This document shows positions 26,519 to 37,507 of a stretch of 64,000 nucleotides of DNA, one piece after another. The notes under the pieces are model-generated. The model was not told where the DNA came from, did no database searches, and worked only from the letters and a program-made list of their open reading frames with translations. A program made the translations under genes and the position numbers. How positions within the stretch are numbered: the first letter of the stretch is position 1; every line of letters begins with the position of its first letter. The stretch comes from Dictyostelium discoideum. Lineage: Eukaryota. The stretch spans positions 8,384,001 to 8,448,000 of the forward strand of contig CM000151.3 in the NCBI GenBank assembly GCA_000004695.1. The letters run 5' to 3'.

Positions 26519-26745
26519 TTAATGACAAGCACCACATTTTGCAGAGGCAGCGGCAGCAGCTGAAAGTGAGAGATCAACTTTGGCTTTAATATCAATGTTT
26601 GCAAGGATTGCTGCACCTGCTGCTGGTTTATCACATCCACCACATGCAACACTGTTTGAACCCATTGATAATGATGAACCACTGAAAGAATTTAAACTTG
26701 ATTTTGATGAAGTGTTAGTTTTTGAGATTGAGGTAATTGAAGCTA
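26519..26745. repeat. left arm of 227-bp inverted repeat (about 97% identical to 27656..27882)
   Basis: The reverse complement of 27656..27882 matches 26519..26745 with only a few substitutions. Each arm carries exon 2 of an hssA-like gene. Confidence 0.9.
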
Positions 26746-26833
26746 TATTTTTTGGATAAAAAAAAAAAAGTTAATATATTTTAATAAATAAATATATAAA
26801 ATTAATTAATAAACATTTACAAAAGAGTGTCAT
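26519..26833 (-). CDS. hssA/2C/7E-family-like small Ser/Gly/Cys-rich protein, copy 1 (2 exons)
   Basis: Minus-strand exon 1 is 26833..26821 (ATGACACTCTTTT, donor GTAAAT); intron 26820..26743 ends in AG. Exon 2 is 26742..26519, giving [77 protein letters not shown]. The coding island is much GC-richer than its surroundings. Confidence 0.6.
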
Positions 26834-27529
26834 TTTTAATTAATTTTTTATTTTGATTTGAAAAAAAAAAAATAAAAAAAAATAACTATTTATAGTTTTT
26901 ATAAATTAAATATAAATGATTAATTATCTTAAAAATAAAATTTTTTGTTGTAAAACATTTTTTCAAAATATTTTATCGTTTCATAATTTTTTTTTTGTTT
27001 AAATCTAATATCTATTAATCATATATCTAAAAACCACATTTTAATTTTTTTTTTTTTTTTTTATTTTTATTTTTATTTTTTTTTTATTTATTTATTTATT
27101 TATTTTTTTTAGACATAATTGACATTTTAAATTATATTTAATTTTTTAATTTATTTTTTAATTTCAAAATAGTCTTTCTATTTTTAAAATGTTTTTTTGA
27201 CAATCTTTATGAAATAAAATAAAATTTTATCTGAATGTAATGTTTTTTTTTTTTTATCAGATAAACATTAACTACTTCTTTTAAAAGATATATTAATTAT
27301 TAATTATAATAAAGATGATATATTATGGATTTGGGTGTGATTTTTATAGTAAAAAATTAAAAACTCATTATAATTAATAAAATAAAAATATAAATAAAAA
27401 AAAAATAAAAAAAATAAAAATAAAAAAAAAAGAAAAAAGAAAAAAGAAAAAAATAAAAAAAAAAACTATAAATTAAAATTAAAATTAATTATATTTTCAT
27501 TAAACAATCAATCAAAACAAATTATTAAA
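26834..27529. promoter_or_regulatory. shared divergent 5' region between the two head-to-head hssA-like genes
   Basis: A 696-bp AT-rich spacer lies between the two divergently oriented ATG codons at 26833 (minus) and 27530 (plus). A bidirectional promoter is inferred from this geometry only. Confidence 0.3.
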
Positions 27530-27881
27530 ATGACACTTTTCTGTAAATATAATATAAAATAAATATTATTTATTAAATATTTTATAATATTTTTATTTTA
27601 AATACTAATATTTAATTATTTATTTTCCAAATTTTGTTAAAAAAAAAAAATAATTAGCTTCTATTACTTCAATCTCAAAAACTAACACTTCATCAAAATC
27701 AAGTGTAAATTCTCTCAGTGGTTCATCATTATCAATGGGTTCAAACAGTGTTGCATGTGGTGGATGTGATAAACCAGCAGCAGGTGCAGCAATCCTTGCA
27801 AACATTGATATTAAAGCAAAAGTTGATCTCTCACTTTCAGCTGCTGCCGCTGCCTCTGCAAAATGTGGTGCTTGTCATTAA
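27530..27881 (+). CDS. hssA/2C/7E-family-like small Ser/Gly/Cys-rich protein, copy 2 (2 exons)
   Basis: Exon 1 is 27530..27542 (ATGACACTTTTCT, donor GTAAAT); intron 27543..27657. Exon 2 is 27658..27881, giving [77 protein letters not shown]. Exon 2 is the inverted, near-identical copy of 26519..26742. Confidence 0.6.
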
Positions 27882-27882
27882 A
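27656..27882. repeat. right arm of 227-bp inverted repeat
   Basis: See left arm. The arms are separated by a spacer of about 910 bp of AT-rich DNA that contains both 13-nt first exons. Confidence 0.9.
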
Positions 27883-28295
27883 TAAAAAAAAAAAAAATTG
27901 CAAAAAATTATTGTAATTTTAATCAGTAACATTACCAAATAAATTTTAAAAATATAAACAACCAATATAAAAAAAAAAAAAAAAAAAAAATTGATTATTT
28001 GTGAATTTTAAAGAATTGAGAAACACTAATAAAAAATTATCAATGAAATGATTTTTAAAATAATCATTTTCATATCCAAAAAGGTTTTTTAGTTTTTTTT
28101 TAAAAAAATACTTAAATTTTAAAGTGCCAAAAAAATTTTTCTAAAAATATCTTTTTCTAATATCTAATTTTTTATTTTTTTAATTTTTATTTTTATTTTT
28201 TTTTTTTTATTGACGTTTTTCAATTTTATTTTTAATATAAAATCCAAACAAAAAAAACCATTGTCATTATTTTTAAAATCAATACTCTATTTAAA

Positions 28296-28932
28296 ATGCT
28301 TACTAATAGATTTTCAATTATTTATATAATATTTTTAACTGTGTTCACATTCACTGGTGTAAATTCAACTAGCTTGTTTTCATTTACTCATGAAACTGAT
28401 AATTTTTTCCAACTTGATTTATTAAATGGTGATTTAGCTGTAAATCATACCATTTATCAAACTCTTAAATATTATCATGTTATTAATTATGATTCAAATT
28501 CCCAAGTAGTAAGTATAAAAAAAATAAAAAAAATGAAAAAAAAAAAAAAAATAAAAAAATAAAAAAAAAAATAAAAAATCTCATCTTTAAATCTAACAAA
28601 AAAAAAAAAAATAAAAAAAAAAAAAAATAGTTTACCTTATTTTGTAGTAATGGTAGTATGTATGATGGAGGTATCAATTATATGTCATTAAAATATAGCG
28701 TAAAACATAATAAATTCTATGACGAAAGTGAATCAGTTTTAGTAGATGCTCAATTTGTATACACTTCACTTTTTCAATTGGTTAACAATGTTTATTATGT
28801 ACCAATTATTTTAGATTCTTATCAAAGATATTCAATGTTGGCAATTGATTTTAATCATAATTCAAGGTATTTAATTATTATTATTATTAATATTATTATT
28901 TTATACGTAATTAATTATTCTAATCTTTTTTT

Positions 28933-28964
<32 letters not shown>

Positions 28965-29542
28965 CTACAAATAAAAGTAATATTATTGATTTTGAAATGG
29001 ATGATTTTAATTTAGGATATTATCCAACAAGTAATTTTAACAATCAAACTAATAAACTTTATACATTATATTTTGGTGCATATGGAAATCCATATATTCA
29101 AGTTTTAAATTTACCAATTAATAATGGAAGTGAAAGTGGTCAAGAAGTTTATAAATTCAAAGCACAAATGCCAGTTCTCTCAAATTTAAATCCAATTGGT
29201 CAATTATTTAGTGTTCGAAATAATGAACAAATTTATTATATTACAAGAATTAATGATAATCTTGTTGTTTGTGAAATTGATTTAGAGAATTTAGAATGTA
29301 ATAATGTATTTTCAATTGGAAATATATATACCAATATGGATACCTCATACTTTTTCTCTTATGAAAATTCAGAATTAATTTCAATTCAAGAAATTTTAGA
29401 TCAACATAGTAATCCAATTGGTGCTGAATATCAAGTGGTTGATTTAAATAATTTCAAAGTTAAAAATACCTATAAAAGTTCTGATCTCTTTAGTAAAGGT
29501 CCAAATAGTCTTGATAATTTCTTTTATTTTTCAAATAATTAA
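28296..29542 (+). CDS. secreted protein of unknown function, 3 exons
   Basis: Signal peptide MLTNRFSIIYIIFLTVFTFTGVNS. Exon 1 is 28296..28508 (donor GTAAGT), exon 2 is 28631..28866 (donor GTATTT, phase 2) and exon 3 is 28978..29542. Several N-glycosylation sequons and no TM helix after the signal peptide. Confidence 0.55.
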
Positions 29543-29643
29543 AAAAAATATATATTGTCACGATTTCATTAAAATTAATAATATTTTAATAAAATATATT
29601 CATTTGTGGTTTGAATAAATGATATATGATTTCTTTTGGAATT

Positions 29644-29693
<50 letters not shown>

Positions 29694-29800
29694 ATAATCT
29701 ATTTTAAGAAATAATTTGTATAATCACCTATCCAAAAAAATAAATTTGTTTTGTGGTTAAAATGTTTTCAGTAAAATTATATCACTATTTTAAATAATTT

Positions 29801-29837
<37 letters not shown>

Positions 29838-29950
29838 CTCTAAACAAAAAAACTATAAATAATTAAAAAAAAATTTAATAATTATTAAATATAGATTCAT
29901 ATTTTAAAATAATATAAAAGATTTAATTTTATAATAAAAAAAAAAAAAAA

Positions 29951-30547
29951 ATGTTTAATTCTATTAAAACTTTAATTTTATTAATATTATGTTTTTCCAA
30001 TTATTTTATTTTTTGTCAAGAATCAGTACATACAGTTAATATAGATAATTTTCCACCATTGTTGACATTATTTAATGGTTCAACAATATTATTTGTAGTT
30101 GGATTGAATACTGGTGATCATATTATTTTTACCAAGGTAACACCAAAAGGTGTTCAACCATTTACATCACCAGTTTTAAATTTACGTAGATTACAACCAT
30201 CATTTTCATATACTTTCAGTGATGCCGGCAAATATGTTATAATGGATATGTATACCTCTGAAGAAATGAATTTAACAATTATTGATACCTTATCACCATT
30301 GTCATCATCATCATCATCATCTGATTCAACCAATAATCAATCAAAATCTTCCTCTTCCAACTCTGTAAATGCAAGTTCATCATCAACAAAACCTCCAATT
30401 TCATCTTTGGAAACTGATTCTTTAAATAATTCAACTTCAACCACAACTACAACTTCTAAATCGTCACATGAAAAGAATGAATCAATTCAACTTTTAAGTT
30501 CATTTAGTAATTTGATATTCATTTCTATCATATTATTATCACTTTAA
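29951..30547 (+). CDS. GPI-type Ser/Thr-rich surface glycoprotein with cupredoxin-like N-domain (paralogue of 22382, 32365)
   Basis: Single exon. Signal peptide, then GSTILFVVGLNTGDHIIFTKV ... DAGKYVIMDMYTSEEMNLTII, a poly-Ser/Thr linker and a C-terminal hydrophobic tail LIFISIILLSL. Confidence 0.6.
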   Translation: MFNSIKTLILLILCFSNYFIFCQESVHTVNIDNFPPLLTLFNGSTILFVVGLNTGDHIIFTKVTPKGVQPFTSPVLNLRRLQPSFSYTFSDAGKYVIMDMYTSEEMNLTIIDTLSPLSSSSSSSDSTNNQSKSSSSNSVNASSSSTKPPISSLETDSLNNSTSTTTTTSKSSHEKNESIQLLSSFSNLIFISIILLSL

Positions 30548-30919
30548 AAAATTTAATAAATAATAAAATTTATATTTTTTTTTTTTTACACTCTTTGTTT
30601 TTTTGGATACCAAAAAAAACGATAAACGAAAATCTAAAAAAAAAACACCCCACTGTTTTTTTTTTAATTGTTTTTTAATTTTTTTTTTTAATTTTTATTT
30701 TTATTTATTTTTAAAACAATGTGATCTCTGATTATTTTTAAAAAAAAAAAAAAAATAATAAAAACAATTAAATAAAACTACACAAACTTTAAGAAGTTTT
30801 TAATTGTTGATTAGATTATTTTAATTAACGTTTTAAGACTGATTTTAAAATTCCAATATTTTTTTAGGAAAAGATGATTTGAATTTATTTATTTTTTTAT
30901 TTTTTTAAATCTTTTTTTT

Positions 30920-30950
<31 letters not shown>

Positions 30951-31809
30951 TTTAAAATAAAAAATAAAAATAAAAATAAAAATTGTAGTTATTATTTATT
31001 TTTTAAAATATTATGATTATTAGTATTATTTTTAAATATAAATTAATAAAATAAATGTAATTAGGCAAAATTACTATTTCAATATCAAAATCATAAAACT
31101 TATCAAAATAAATTTATAAAATATTTTTTGGTGGATAACTAAAATCAATGAGTTCAAACAATTGTGTTTCAAGTATTAAAAAATTTTAATAACCATGTGG
31201 TTTCTATATATTTTTAACCTCTCCATTTTAACTGGTTGTTATTAGTAATACCAGTGGTTTTTTTCAAATATTGCTAAAAAAAATAATTAAAAAATTAAAA
31301 ATGTTTAAAAATTAAAACAAAATATATATAATCATACAATACAAAATTACAAAAAATAAAATTTTTATTTTTAGATTTCCTCATGTGTGGTTTTTTTTTT
31401 TTTTATCAGTAAAAAGAAAAATTGTTAATATCACTTTTACATGATGAATTAATTTGGTTGTGAATTATTCTATCATCAAAAATTCTTATTAAAATAAAAT
31501 TTCTTTGTTCAAATGTATAATAATAATAAAAAAATTAATAAATTCAAATAATAAAATTTTAAAAAAAAATAATAATAAAATTTTGAATTAAAAAAAAAAA
31601 AAAAAGTATAAATAAAAAAAAAAAAATAATAATAATAACAACAACAATAAATAATATTAAACAAAAACTTCTAAAAAAAAATATATAATTAAAATGACAA
31701 TTATTGGTAAATTATTTATAAAAACTTAAAAACTATTTTAAAATTTTATTTATTTTATTAATTTATTTATTTCATTTAAATAATAAAAAAATAAAATAAT
31801 AGAATCTAT

Positions 31810-31986
31810 TTATTCATTATCCCCAGCATTATCACCAAAAACTGGACCAACTAACTCAAATCTTACTCCAATAAATGATCCATTGTTATTATCACCAAAT
31901 CCAAGTGGACTACACGGTGGCGCATCACCAAACCTAAAAGCTTGCCTTAGAAACAAACCCTTACTCATAAATTTTGATCTTAACAT
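31810..31986 (-). CDS. small ORF (58 codons from ATG; 66 from track start) in an isolated GC-rich island; protein or ncRNA uncertain
   Basis: This approximately 190-bp stretch is about 40% GC and is flanked by intergenic DNA that is less than 15% GC. The minus-strand ORF reads MLRSKFMSKGLFLRQAFRFGDAPPCSPLGFGDNNNGSFIGVRFELVGPVFGDNAGDNE* and contains a repeated (R/G/V)FGD(N/A) motif. No recognisable family. Confidence 0.25.
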   Translation of the reverse strand: MLRSKFMSKGLFLRQAFRFGDAPPCSPLGFGDNNNGSFIGVRFELVGPVFGDNAGDNE

Positions 31987-32055
31987 GACTACAATCTCAT
32001 TCAATTTCAATGGTCCACATTGTGGTTGTAATTAAAGAAGGAGTTATCAAAAAAA

Positions 32056-32087
<32 letters not shown>

Positions 32088-32364
32088 AAAAAAAAAAAAA
32101 AACAAAACTAACCAAAAAAAAAGATAATTTGTATCAAATCCAAAATAAAAGTTTAATCAACTTATTTTTATTCACTTTTTTTTATTATCTTATTTTTTTT
32201 TTTTTTTAATTTTTGAAACAAGTTTAATAAAAACTGTATTCTAATTTTTAAATGTATTTATAAGAATTTAATTTTTTTTTTTTTTTTTATTTTCATTATT
32301 ACAATTTTTTAATAAACAAATAAATAAAAAAAAAAGTTAAATAAAAAAATATATAATAAAAAAA

Positions 32365-32961
32365 ATGAAAGAAATTAAATTTAATATTCAATATATATTA
32401 ATAATTTTAATGATTAGTATTAATATTTTTGTCAAATCACAAAATAGTAGTACTGTTCAATATGTTCAATGGGATAATTTACCATCATCAGGTTTCGATA
32501 TTACATTAATCTCTGGATCAACTATTCTATTTGTTGTATCAAACAAAACTGGTGATCATAATGTTTACTCAAAGGAAACACCACCTGGTGTTGAAAAGTT
32601 CTCTTCAGGTACTTTAAATTTTAGAAATAATCCATCATTCTCTCATAAATTTAATGATATTGGTGATTATTTAATCATTGATCAAATTAATAAAACAAGT
32701 GGTGAAATGAAATTATCAATTATTTCAAACTCTTCAAGTGAATTTATAAATCCAAATAGTACATCAAGTGAATCAACCTCATCATTGTCCTCTTCAATTT
32801 CAAATTCAAATTCAACTTCAAATGAAACTACAACATCAACAAATTACAATCATACAACCTCAACTATTACTGAAGCTCCATCTGGAAATGATGCCTCCAC
32901 AATTAGTAAATCAATCTATTCTTTTGTTATTATTGTTATTTTAATCTTTTTTTACCTTTGA
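32365..32961 (+). CDS. GPI-type Ser/Thr-rich surface glycoprotein with cupredoxin-like N-domain (paralogue of 22382, 29951)
   Basis: Single exon. Signal peptide, then GSTILFVVSNKTGDHNVYSKE ... DIGDYLIIDQINKTSGEMKLSII, an S/T-rich linker and a C-terminal hydrophobic tail IYSFVIIVILIFFYL. Confidence 0.6.
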   Translation: MKEIKFNIQYILIILMISINIFVKSQNSSTVQYVQWDNLPSSGFDITLISGSTILFVVSNKTGDHNVYSKETPPGVEKFSSGTLNFRNNPSFSHKFNDIGDYLIIDQINKTSGEMKLSIISNSSSEFINPNSTSSESTSSLSSSISNSNSTSNETTTSTNYNHTTSTITEAPSGNDASTISKSIYSFVIIVILIFFYL

Positions 32962-33275
32962 TTTTAAAATAAGTCAATAATAGAGATTTTATCCTTAATT
33001 AATAAAAATTATAAAAATGATTTACATTTTTTTTTTTTTCCAATCTACACTTTCTTTTTTTTTTTCCAATCTACACTTTCTTTTTTTTTTTTTAAATCCC
33101 AAAAATTATTTTTGAATCCCAATATTTTTTTTTTTTTTTTTTTATTTTTCTTATGGGGGGTAATTAATAATAGAAAAACCTTTTTATTTTTTTTTTGAGA
33201 TTTTTACCAGTCAAAAAAGATTTTTTTTTCATTTTTTTTTAAAGACACACGTTCCAAACCATAAATATTTAATTT

Positions 33276-33325
<50 letters not shown>

Positions 33326-33391
33326 TGAAACTTTGTTTTTTTAATTTTTTTTAATTTTTTTTAAAATTGAAATAATATAATAAATAAAAAA

Positions 33392-35068
33392 ATGATGAAA
33401 GCCAAGTAAGTATTTTTTTTTTTTTATATTATTTTATTTATAAAAATAAAACACAACAGATTTTTTTTTATTATATTGATTTCAAAGTTAAAAATAAAAA
33501 AATAAAAAATTAAATAAAAAAAAAATATAAAATAAAAAAAAAAAAATTATATTGCCGAAACACAAAAAAAAAAAAAAAAAATTATATTACCGAAACCTAG
33601 ATTTATTAGGAATCTCCACCCAAAAAAAAAAAAAAAAACAATAAAATTAAATTATTTTTATTAATTTATTTTTATTAATCTATTTTTATTTTATTTTATT
33701 TATTTTTTTTTTTTTTTTTTTTTTTAAAGTAAAATTATAAAATTATTTAAAGGTACAGTTATACATTCAATAGAGATTGGTAAAGTTGAAATTTTACCAA
33801 ATTCATTAATTGGTATTGATGAAGATGGTGTAATTCAACATATGAAATCAAATTATGAAGATTTGAAACAATTAGAAAAGGATGTAACAATGATTTGTAC
33901 AGATAATGGTATTAATGAGCAAGAATCAGTGATTGATATGGGTAATAAATTTTTAATTCCAGGTTTTATTGATACACATGCTCATGCACCACAATATCAT
34001 AATGCAGGCACAGGTACAGATTTACCATTATTAAAATGGTTAGAGAAATACACATTCCCAGTAGAGAGTAAATTCAAGGATTTAATATTTGCGGAGAATG
34101 TTTATGGTAAAGTTGTAGACCGTATGTTACGTCATGGTACCACTACCTGTTGTTATTATGCAACCATTCATTTGGAGGCAAGTGAACTATTGGCAGAGAT
34201 TGTATCAAAACGTGGTCAACGTGCATTCATTGGTAAAGTTTGTATGGATCGTCATTCACCAGATCATTACGTTGAGACTACAGAACAATCAATTTCCAAT
34301 ACTAAAGAGTTTGTAGATAGAATTCTCGCCAAAGGTAACCCATTAGTTCAACCAATTGTCACACCACGTTTTGCACCATCATGTACCGATGAACTTATGG
34401 TAGCATTGGGTAATCTATCACATGAGAAACAAACTTTAATTCAATCACATCTCTCTGAAAATAAAGATGAGATTGAATGGGTCAAATCTTTATATCCAGG
34501 TATTGAAAGTTACACTCATGTCTATAAACATTTCAATTTACTCAATGAACGTACCATTATGGCTCATTGTGTTCATTTATCAGATGAAGAGATTAAATTA
34601 ATTTCAACTCAACAAACTGCCATCTCACATTGTCCAATTAGTAATTTCACTTTAAGTAGTGGTAATCTTGATGTTAGAAAGGTTTTAGAAGCAAATATTA
34701 AATTGGGTTTAGGTTCTGATATATCTGGTGGTTATCATCCTTCCATTCTTCAAGTTATTCGTGACTCTATCAAATGTTCAAATTCTCACTTTTTCAACAA
34801 TGGTAATCATACACCATTAACCTTTGAAGAGGCTTTCTATTTAGCAACTGTTGGTGGTAGTAAAGTTGTAAACTTGGATCATCGTATTGGTAATTTCATT
34901 GTTGGTAAAGATTTTGATGCTCAAATCATTGATCCATTCGTTCAAAATTCACCATTTGATTGTTTCGATGGTGAAACTTTAAAAGATATTTTCCAAAAAT
35001 TCATTTATCTTGGTGATGATAGAAATCTTTCATCATTATATATTAAAGGAAATAAAATTAAATTTTAA
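33392..35068 (+). CDS. guaD: guanine deaminase (amidohydrolase superfamily), 2 exons with 14-nt first exon
   Basis: Exon 1 is 33392..33405 (ATGATGAAAGCCAA, donor GTAAGT); the intron 33406..33729 is AT-rich. Exon 2 is 33730..35068 in phase 2, giving MMKA N KIIKLFKGTVIHS... (compare human GDA HIFRGTFVHS), the metal-binding FLIPGFIDTHAHAPQY, and a colinear amidohydrolase core to the C-terminus. Confidence 0.85.
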
Positions 35069-35127
35069 ATAAATATATAAATAATTTTTATTTTTTTTTA
35101 TTTTTTTTTATAATATTATTAATTTTA

Positions 35128-36009
35128 TTATTGAATTAAATTTTCAGGTAAATTAAATAATTTTACTAATTCTCTTGCAACACCATCTTGATCATTTGTA
35201 TATTGTGAAACTTTATTTGCAATTGATTTAGTGATATCAGTACCATTTGCTAAACAAATACCAAGACCAGATTGTTCTAACATTTCATTATCATTTTCAG
35301 CATCACCAAATGCTACGACTTTACTTGAATCAATTGATTTAGCTTTACAGAAATCAATGACTGATGTTCCTTTATTTACACCATGTTCAAGAAATTCTAC
35401 ATAGTATTGTTTGTAATCTTTATTCATACAATTTGATTTAACTAATGAAAGTGTTGGGAATAGTGGACGCATAGTTTCCAATAATTGATCACATTCTTTA
35501 TCATCATCTAAAATGATTAAACATTTGGCTGGTGTGAAATCCTCTGGTAATGTTGAATAACTTGGAATTAATTTATAGGTTGCACCAGTCATAATTGAAT
35601 AACGTCTTGGTTTTTCTGCCAATTCCGGTTTATCAATACCATATACGATACCATCACCATAGATATTTAAAAAGAGATTATTCTCTTCAACATATTTAAA
35701 GATGGCTTTGAGATTACTATTATCGATACTATGTGAGAATACTGTATTTCTACCCTCGGATTTACGACCAAAACAAATACTACCATTATATCCAATTAAA
35801 TAACAATCGATCCCTAATGCTTCTTCAACTGGTGAAACTAAATATGGTGCTCTTCCACTTGCTAATAATACTAAAACTTCTTCTCCATCAATATTTTTAA
35901 ATTCTGGTTTACTTATATATTGTAAAACTCTTTTACTATTTTCACTAACTTGTTTATTTGAATTTAAAATTGTACCATCAAGGTCAAGTGCAATTGCTCT
36001 ATAACTCAT
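35128..36009 (-). CDS. HAD-superfamily Cof-type (IIB) phosphatase
   Basis: Single-exon 293-aa ORF with HAD motif I IALDLDGTIL at the N-terminus and motif IV VVAFGDAENDNEML near the C-terminus. Confidence 0.8.
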   Translation of the reverse strand: MSYRAIALDLDGTILNSNKQVSENSKRVLQYISKPEFKNIDGEEVLVLLASGRAPYLVSPVEEALGIDCYLIGYNGSICFGRKSEGRNTVFSHSIDNSNLKAIFKYVEENNLFLNIYGDGIVYGIDKPELAEKPRRYSIMTGATYKLIPSYSTLPEDFTPAKCLIILDDDKECDQLLETMRPLFPTLSLVKSNCMNKDYKQYYVEFLEHGVNKGTSVIDFCKAKSIDSSKVVAFGDAENDNEMLEQSGLGICLANGTDITKSIANKVSQYTNDQDGVARELVKLFNLPENLIQ

Positions 36010-36125
36010 TTTTATTATTTATAATTTATTATTATTTATTATTACAAAAATATTTAATTTTAATGAAAAATAAAATAGAAGAATGAAATGAAAATAAAAA
36101 AAAAAAAAAAAAAAAAATATAAACG

Positions 36126-36167
<42 letters not shown>

Positions 36168-36425
36168 AAATTTTATTTTATTTTTATTTTATTTTATTTT
36201 TTATTTATTTTGGCAAAAACCAATTTAAATTAAATTTATTTTCGAATTTAGAATGTTTAACCCTATAACCGAATGTTTTTTTTTTTTTGTCGGGGAATCC
36301 CAACCTTTTTTTCAGATTTTTTTTACAACTGAAAAAAAATTTATTTTTATTTTTTATTTTTTTATTTAAAAGTCCAAATTCTTATTTTTGAACCTTAATA
36401 ATATTATTAATATTTTAAGACTAAA

Positions 36426-37364
36426 TTACAAATTAAAAGGTTGAGGTATTTTTGAAGAATAACAAAATTTAAATTCTGGATCTTGGTATTCACGTTGATT
36501 CACTAAAGAGGCGGAAGAAGTTCTGCATGCCATTGAACAAAGGTCGAATTGATTCTTTAAATATTTCTTATCTAAATTCTTTTCAGCGAAATTAATTAAT
36601 GTATCATGCAGTATTGAAACTTTGTCTTGTCTCATACAACATGAAATACAAAATTCATAAGAATCACAACAATCTGAAACTTCACCACCTAAACATCTTG
36701 AGCATGTAAATCTTTGTACACCTATTTCTTCGTTTTCTATTTGATTTTCATTATCACCTCTATTTTTATTATTGGTAGTTTTTTGATTACCTTCATCATT
36801 ATCATTATCATCATCATCATCATCTCTAAAATGTTTATTATTGTTAGTTGTAGTGCTAGTTTTATTTCCACCAAAACAACATCCTGTGACTGAATCCCAT
36901 TGAGATCGTAAACAAACATATCCTTGATCATCTGCAATATATGTACTTCCTTGAATTGTACTTTCACATTTATTATTTTCATCATTATTATTACTACTAT
37001 TACTACCATTACTATTCTTATTATTACTATTATTATTATTATTGTTATTATTATTATTATTATTATTGTTATTATTATTATTATTATTAGTGTTAGTGTT
37101 ATCGTTATCATCACTACTTCTAATGTTTCTACCGGTACTTGTAAAACTATTTAATTGGTATCCATTATCATCATTAGTTTTTTGATATTTATGATTTGTT
37201 GGTCCCCATTTGAAATTATATTCATTTATTATTGTGTTTATTTTTTCTTGTTTACCAAAATCTGTTAAAGGTAATGAATCAGTTTTATAAATTCCAATTA
37301 ATATTACACCAATACCAAGTATTATCACTAAAAGAATACATAATTTAAATGGTATTCTTTTCAT
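36426..37364 (-). CDS. type-II membrane protein with C-terminal multi-Cys domain, SPRING/C12orf49 (DUF2054)-like
   Basis: N-terminal signal-anchor MKRIPFKLCILLVIILGIGVILIGIY, a poly-Asn/Asp low-complexity insert, then CESTIQGSTYIADDQGYVCLRSQWDSVTGCC ... CCDSYEFCISCCMRQ ... DLCSMACRTSSASLVNQREYQDPEFKFCYS. This matches my recollection of the conserved Cys-rich core of human C12orf49/SPRING. Confidence 0.5.
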   Translation of the reverse strand: MKRIPFKLCILLVIILGIGVILIGIYKTDSLPLTDFGKQEKINTIINEYNFKWGPTNHKYQKTNDDNGYQLNSFTSTGRNIRSSDDNDNTNTNNNNNNNNNNNNNNNNNNNNSNNKNSNGSNSSNNNDENNKCESTIQGSTYIADDQGYVCLRSQWDSVTGCCFGGNKTSTTTNNNKHFRDDDDDDNDNDEGNQKTTNNKNRGDNENQIENEEIGVQRFTCSRCLGGEVSDCCDSYEFCISCCMRQDKVSILHDTLINFAEKNLDKKYLKNQFDLCSMACRTSSASLVNQREYQDPEFKFCYSSKIPQPFNL

Positions 37365-37423
37365 GTATATATATATATTTTTTTTATTTATTATTTGTTT
37401 TTTTTTTTCTTATGATTTTTTAT

Positions 37424-37424
37424 T

Positions 37425-37503
<79 letters not shown>

Positions 37504-37507
37504 TTTT
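37424..37507. repeat. (ATTT)n microsatellite
   Basis: About 21 perfect units directly upstream of the start (37364) of the minus-strand SPRING-like gene. Confidence 0.9.

Noticed and set aside
36737-37154. ORFs 36737..37114(-) and 36924..37154(+)
   Set aside because: Alternate-frame and antisense readings of the poly-Asn/Asp insert of the SPRING-like gene.
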